From Calditrichales bacterium (GTDB lineage: Bacteria; Calditrichota; Calditrichia; Calditrichales; J004), in assembly GCA_965267575.1 (NCBI GenBank), contig OZ254086.1:2400001-2464000 (forward strand): a DNA stretch of 64,000 bases. Direction: 5' to 3'. The notes under the pieces are model-generated. The model was given only the letters and a program-made list of their open reading frames with translations, made no database searches and was not told the DNA's origin. Shown piece after piece: positions 56,823-64,000 of the stretch (position 1 is its first letter; the number at the start of each line of letters is the position of its first letter). A program made the translations under genes and the position numbers.

Positions 56823-56915
56823 AATGGCCGATAATAAAGAAAAAGTTTAAAAATATAAACAATTGTTGTATTTTAAAAACTTTTGCGCAAAAAGTAAAAA
56901 ACCGGAGAAGCTTCT

Positions 56916-57761
56916 GTGAGTGATTTTTTTATAAGCAAAAACCAATCCCTGGAAAACTATCTGCGTGAGATAGGCGAAGTAAAATTGCTAACGCCTGATG
57001 AAGAAATCGAGCTGGCCAAACGCATCAAGCAAAACGATCAGCGGGCGCTGAAGCGTCTTGTGAGTGCCAACCTGCGATTTGTGGTCAGTGTTGCCAAATC
57101 ATATCAAAATTACGGACTTTCGCTCGAAGATCTTATAAACGAGGGTAACCTTGGTTTGATGAAAGCGGCTTACCGGTTTGATGAAACGCGTGGTTTTAAG
57201 TTTATTTCCTATGCCGTTTGGTGGATCAAGCAGTCCATTCTGCAGGCGATTGCTGAACAATCGAGACTTGTGCGTTTGCCGCTTAACCGTGTGGGCACAC
57301 TTACAAAAATCGGTAAAGTATACAGTATGCTGGAGCAGGAGTATGAGCGTGAGCCCACTCCGGAAGAGATTGCCAATGTACTGGAAGTGGACAGCGGTGA
57401 CATCACCGATACGATTAAAATGGCTACCCGTTCGGTCTCAATGGATTCGCCATTGCAAAAGAACAGCGACAGCCGTTTGATAGATATTATACAGAACCAG
57501 CAGGATCCGGAACCGGATTCTGATGTGATGGGTGAATCATTAAAAGAAGAAGTAAACTATATCCTTTCAACGCTGAGTGCGCGCGAAGCAAAAATTCTTA
57601 AGCTCTACTTTGGGCTTGACGGAGAGAAGCCACACACGCTAGAAGAGATTGGTGTAAAATTTAAATTAACCCGTGAACGTGTGCGTCAGATCAAAGAGAA
57701 AGCTCTTCGCCGCTTGCGCCATAGTTCAAGAAGCAAAGTGTTGAGGTACTATTTAGGATAA
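56916..57761 (+). CDS. Sigma-70 RpoD/SigA-family factor lacking region 1.1
   Basis: [52 protein letters not shown]. Confidence 0.95.
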   Translation: MSDFFISKNQSLENYLREIGEVKLLTPDEEIELAKRIKQNDQRALKRLVSANLRFVVSVAKSYQNYGLSLEDLINEGNLGLMKAAYRFDETRGFKFISYAVWWIKQSILQAIAEQSRLVRLPLNRVGTLTKIGKVYSMLEQEYEREPTPEEIANVLEVDSGDITDTIKMATRSVSMDSPLQKNSDSRLIDIIQNQQDPEPDSDVMGESLKEEVNYILSTLSAREAKILKLYFGLDGEKPHTLEEIGVKFKLTRERVRQIKEKALRRLRHSSRSKVLRYYLG

Positions 57762-57898
57762 AATGCCCTAAACACCTGTAAAATCACGACTTTTTCGTTT
57801 ATTCGGTGCTTGCTTGATTAATTTTTTTTACGTAGGTTGTGATTAGCTTAACAATTGTATTGTTTGTGCTCGGGGGGAACGATTAAGGAACAGAGTCC

Positions 57899-58840
57899 AT
57901 GAAGGATGAATCGCGACTGATATTTGTTGCTAAAGACCAAAAAGCTGTCAGAGAATTTAAAATATCTCGCCTGAAATTGTTTACCTACATTTCCATTTTC
58001 CTAGTAAGTTTTACTTTCTTTGGAAAAATAGGTCTGGATTTGTTGGTGGATTTTAGTCATAATTCACGCATTAAAACACTCGAGAGAACCAATGCTGTTC
58101 TCAAAGACCGTTTGCTTGAAGCCAAAACCCGCATAGATAGCATTAATCTTGCCATCGCAGATATCATTCGTAAAGATGACCAGCTGCGCGTTGTGCTGGG
58201 CTTAGATAAGCTCAGTTCGGATATGCGCGAAGTGGGTATCGGGGGTGCTGACTTTAATTATGATTTTAAAGACGAAGTAAGCGGCTTTGAAGACAACATC
58301 GGGTTGGGTGAGCAGCTTTCCGAGTTGGCCAAACTGGAGCGTGAAGTGGCGCTTGCCAGGCGCAGTTATGAAGAGTTGATGGTTACCTTTAACAGCAAAC
58401 AGGATTCCATTCAATTCCTGCCTTCACTTAAACCCGTTCTTGACGGTTTTGTCTCCAGCAATTATGGAATGAGACGCCATCCTATTCTTAAAAGAGTCCG
58501 GCATCATGATGGTATGGATTTTTCAGCCCGCCGCGGCACACCCGTGTACGCTTCAGCTGATGGCCATGTGGCCTATGTTGGCTATGCCGGCGGCTACGGC
58601 AAGGTTGTAAAAATTAACCACAAATACGGTTATGAGACATTTTACGGTCACCTTGATAAGTATGTAGTGCGAAAAGGTCAGGAAATAAAGCGCGGCCAGA
58701 AACTAGGTGAAGTGGGCAGCACGGGCCTCTCCACAAGTTCGCACCTGCACTATGAAGTGCGCTTTAAAGGTAAGCCTGTTAATCCCGAATTATATTATTT
58801 CGATGACAACATTCTCAACGAGATGGTTGTTCAAAAGTAG
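57899..58840 (+). CDS. M23 peptidase (membrane-anchored, coiled coil)
   Basis: HDGMD (HxxxD), YGHL, HLHYEV. Confidence 0.93.
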   Translation: MKDESRLIFVAKDQKAVREFKISRLKLFTYISIFLVSFTFFGKIGLDLLVDFSHNSRIKTLERTNAVLKDRLLEAKTRIDSINLAIADIIRKDDQLRVVLGLDKLSSDMREVGIGGADFNYDFKDEVSGFEDNIGLGEQLSELAKLEREVALARRSYEELMVTFNSKQDSIQFLPSLKPVLDGFVSSNYGMRRHPILKRVRHHDGMDFSARRGTPVYASADGHVAYVGYAGGYGKVVKINHKYGYETFYGHLDKYVVRKGQEIKRGQKLGEVGSTGLSTSSHLHYEVRFKGKPVNPELYYFDDNILNEMVVQK

Positions 58841-58861
58841 TTAAAAACACTTTTAAAATTT

Positions 58862-58886
58862 AAACCGCCCACGTGGCGGTTTTTTT
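58862..58886 (+). terminator. Intrinsic terminator
   Basis: AAACCGCC / GGCGGTTT plus T run. Confidence 0.8.
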
Positions 58887-58902
58887 GTTTGTGGTCAGCT
58901 AA

Positions 58903-59871
58903 ATGAAAAAATACCTGTACCTTTTAGCGATTGCATTTTTGGTCTCTTCCGTTGCAGGCCAGGATAGCATTAAGATTTATTTTACGGGCGACGTCACCCT
59001 CTCCAATCATTTCGAGAATCATGTCGGCCGCAATTATGGCTATGCGTTTGAACGCATGCCCTGGTTCGCCGATGCTGATATTAGCATGGTAAATCTGGAA
59101 AACCCTCTTACGAGACGGGGTGAACCACAGGAAAAGCTGTTTACTTTCAGGGCGCCTCCGGAGTATTGTGAAGTGCTTAAGGCCGGCGGTATTGATATAG
59201 TGACTTTAGCCAATAACCATATGTATGATTTTGGTGATGCCGGCTTGCTCGACACGATCGAATATTTGCGTAAAGCAGGGATTCTTTATGTTGGTGCGGG
59301 GCGTAATATGGATGAAGCACGCGCGCCCGTTATTATGGAGATTAAAGGTCTCCGAGTGGCATTTTTAGGTTACTATGGAACAGGCCGCCATTCCAACTCG
59401 CGTCCGGCAACGGCAGATTCCGCAGGGACGGCAATGCGCTACTTACCCTATATCGAAACGGATATAGCCGCTATACGCGACAAAGTAGATTATATCATTA
59501 TCAACTTTCACTGGGGGTTGGAAAAGGCAAATTACCCCACGCCCGAAGAACAGTACTTCGCGCGCAAGGTTGTTGATGCCGGTGCTGATGTCATTGTAGG
59601 ACATCATCCACATGTACTTCAGGGGATAGAGAAGTATAAGGGCAGGATAATTGCTTATTCGCTTGGGAATTTTATTTTTGGCGGCAATTCGCGGACGCAT
59701 GAGAAGTCGGCGATACTGGAATTAAAATTAAGCAAAGATAATATGCAGGCTGATATAATCCCCATTTCTATCGACTTTTGGCAGCCTTCACGGCTGAATG
59801 GAGAGGCGGCAAAAGCGGTCATAGATTCAGTGAAAAAGTATTCAACAATATTTGAAGAAACGATTTTTTAA
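58903..59871 (+). CDS. CapA/PGA_cap family metallophosphoesterase
   Basis: GDV, NLE, ANNH, HWG, GHHPHV, YSLGNF. Confidence 0.92.
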   Translation: MKKYLYLLAIAFLVSSVAGQDSIKIYFTGDVTLSNHFENHVGRNYGYAFERMPWFADADISMVNLENPLTRRGEPQEKLFTFRAPPEYCEVLKAGGIDIVTLANNHMYDFGDAGLLDTIEYLRKAGILYVGAGRNMDEARAPVIMEIKGLRVAFLGYYGTGRHSNSRPATADSAGTAMRYLPYIETDIAAIRDKVDYIIINFHWGLEKANYPTPEEQYFARKVVDAGADVIVGHHPHVLQGIEKYKGRIIAYSLGNFIFGGNSRTHEKSAILELKLSKDNMQADIIPISIDFWQPSRLNGEAAKAVIDSVKKYSTIFEETIF

Positions 59872-59917
59872 GCTTACTTTTAAAGTTTTGTATTATTAAA
59901 ATTGTATTGGAATTATC

Positions 59918-60204
59918 ATGTCGGTTAGCGTGAAAGACCTGGAGAAAATAGCCCAACTGGCGCGGCTCAATTTAAGCGAGGAAGAGAAAAAGACATTCCT
60001 GGCGCAGTTCAATGACATCCTTGGTTATGTGGAAAAGCTTTCCGAACTGGACACGGAGGGAGTTGAGCCTTTGGCCCATAGCCTGGACCTGCAAAATGTG
60101 ATGCGCGAAGATAAAGAAAAACCTTCGCTGGATCGTGACAAGGCGCTGCAGAACGCGCCATCGCACAACTCCGAATTTTTCCGGGTACCGAAGGTCGTAT
60201 CAAA

Positions 60205-60208
<4 letters not shown>
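59918..60208 (+). CDS. gatC: Asp/Glu-tRNA amidotransferase subunit C
   Basis: IAQLARL, LDTEGVEP, MRED, NAP..FFRVPKV. Confidence 0.95.
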
Positions 60209-62575
<2,367 letters not shown>

Positions 62576-62626
62576 CTTATGCTTCATACCGAGTTTTAAC
62601 ATAATACCCCACGGTTTAAAGCTGGT

Positions 62627-63604
62627 ATGAGAGAATCATTAAAAAAGAAAATAGCGCTCGTTAAATGCTCCGATGAGCTTAGGCCGCAAGTCCGCGAATG
62701 GCTGGTTCAGATGCCCGGGCAAACGGATACTGTGTTTGCCGCTTCTTTCCTGGAAATAAAGGATAAAGTGGTTTTTGATGATATTATCCTGGTACTTTCC
62801 GAGCTGAACACTGAACACGACAAAAGCATCGAGTTTCTGCGCTCTGTCATGTCGGTTAACCCGCTTATCCAGCGCATCGCCATCCTGAATGATCTTGATT
62901 TTTCTTCCCTGAGTCGTGCCGTAAACCGCGCCCATATTGACTACGTCATAACCAAGCCGCTGGACAAAATGCATTTTCAACATATCGTTCATAAAGCGCT
63001 GCGCCGCTACGAGATTGTCTCCAAGCCGTTCCGCAAGTTCGAGGTTTTAAGTGAGGTGACCGAAGACCTGCTGCAGCAAAATGAGCGTTTTCGCCAGGAA
63101 GCATCCAGCGACCCTTTGACCAAGCTGCTTAACCGCCGCTCGTTCGATTCCTTCTGCATGCGTTTCTGGGAGCGCTGGCAGCGCAGCCAGGTTACCTTTT
63201 GCCTGGCGCTGATCGATCTGGACCATTTCAAATCGATCAATGACACGTACGGACATGTCTGCGGGGACGAAGTTTTGCGCAGCGTGGCACAAATGCTGCA
63301 AAAGAACCAACGCTCGGGTATCGACTTTGCGTTTCGCTACGGCGGGGAGGAATTCGCCGTCTTGTCGATTACCACGGAGCCGGATGAGATGCATAACTAC
63401 ATCAAAAGGCTGGTGCGCGAATTGCGCGAAAGCGTGATCCGTACGGGCGACGGCAAGCAGGTCCGCGTTACGATGAGTGCCGGTATTTCAACCGTCTATA
63501 CCAGCGACTCCCTGGAAGAATTAATCGCCAAAGCCGACGAAGCACTGTATAAAGCTAAAGAAGCCGGACGCGACCGCGCCATACTCAATTACGATCTTTT
63601 TTAG
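62627..63604 (+). CDS. Diguanylate cyclase with N-terminal receiver-like domain
   Basis: DPLTKLLNRR, DLDHFK.INDTYGH..GD, RYGGEEF; YVITKP receiver end. Confidence 0.92.
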   Translation: MRESLKKKIALVKCSDELRPQVREWLVQMPGQTDTVFAASFLEIKDKVVFDDIILVLSELNTEHDKSIEFLRSVMSVNPLIQRIAILNDLDFSSLSRAVNRAHIDYVITKPLDKMHFQHIVHKALRRYEIVSKPFRKFEVLSEVTEDLLQQNERFRQEASSDPLTKLLNRRSFDSFCMRFWERWQRSQVTFCLALIDLDHFKSINDTYGHVCGDEVLRSVAQMLQKNQRSGIDFAFRYGGEEFAVLSITTEPDEMHNYIKRLVRELRESVIRTGDGKQVRVTMSAGISTVYTSDSLEELIAKADEALYKAKEAGRDRAILNYDLF

Positions 63605-63675
63605 TCATACCAAAAATTACCTTCCACGCATATTTCTTAGTACATTAGCTGCTTTCACAAAATGGCACAGGGAAA

Positions 63676-64000
63676 ATGAAATACAAAGGTGTACTGCTCG
63701 ACTTTGACGGGGTGGTTTTAAAAAGCATGGAGCAACATTATGATGCCTGGAGCAGGGTGTTCGCCGAAAAGGGCACGCGCATAGAGCGGAAGGTATTTTA
63801 CCGTATGGAGGGACAGGGCATAAACACCATTGCCCGGCAACTGGCCGAACATTACAATCTCAATCCCGACGAAACAGAAGAGTGGGTGACGGCGAAGGTG
63901 CGCTACTATTACCAGCAGGAAAAAGCGGAATTTTATCCCTATTTCAGGGAGATGCTTAAGAATTTAAACGATCGTTCCGTGCCGCTGGCCGTGGTTACCG
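63676..64000 (+). CDS. HAD-family phosphatase (beta-PGM-like); runs off the right edge
   Basis: MKYKGVLLDFDGVVLKSMEQHYDAW (DxD motif I) ... PLAVVT (motif II). Confidence 0.85.
   Translation, partial: MKYKGVLLDFDGVVLKSMEQHYDAWSRVFAEKGTRIERKVFYRMEGQGINTIARQLAEHYNLNPDETEEWVTAKVRYYYQQEKAEFYPYFREMLKNLNDRSVPLAVVT

Overview
Chromosomal window from a Gram-negative bacterium of about 50% GC. It is most likely Calditrichota or a related FCB lineage; this is inferred from kdsB, a Bacteroidota-like short sigma-70 and three large secreted proteins ending in the QNYPNPFNP...GVYFYRL...KMVLxK sorting domain. About 1-52 kb is accessory. It holds an AAA-LuxR regulator beside a methyltransferase, a run of small + strand genes with three toxin-antitoxin modules and an AT-rich islet, an RND pump, a ZIP transporter, TetR, Crp, LytTR and ECF regulatory units with readable operators, three families of REP-like palindromes (one flanking a frameshifted IS200-type Y1 transposase), and a kamA-family aminomutase / Na+:solute symporter / ablB operon. 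About 53-64 kb is mostly housekeeping (deoB plus two BMC pentamer genes, sigma-70, M23, CapA, gatC, kdsB, pyrG, GGDEF, HAD). The best candidate for an undescribed system is an unannotated, near-leaderless 24-codon uORF with a PPPP run (MKRWQPKRNFFIDIPPPPDNLQIV). It lies between a sigma-70-type promoter and the beta-lysine operon and suggests proline- or EF-P-sensing attenuation. No rRNA, tRNA or CRISPR array was recognised.
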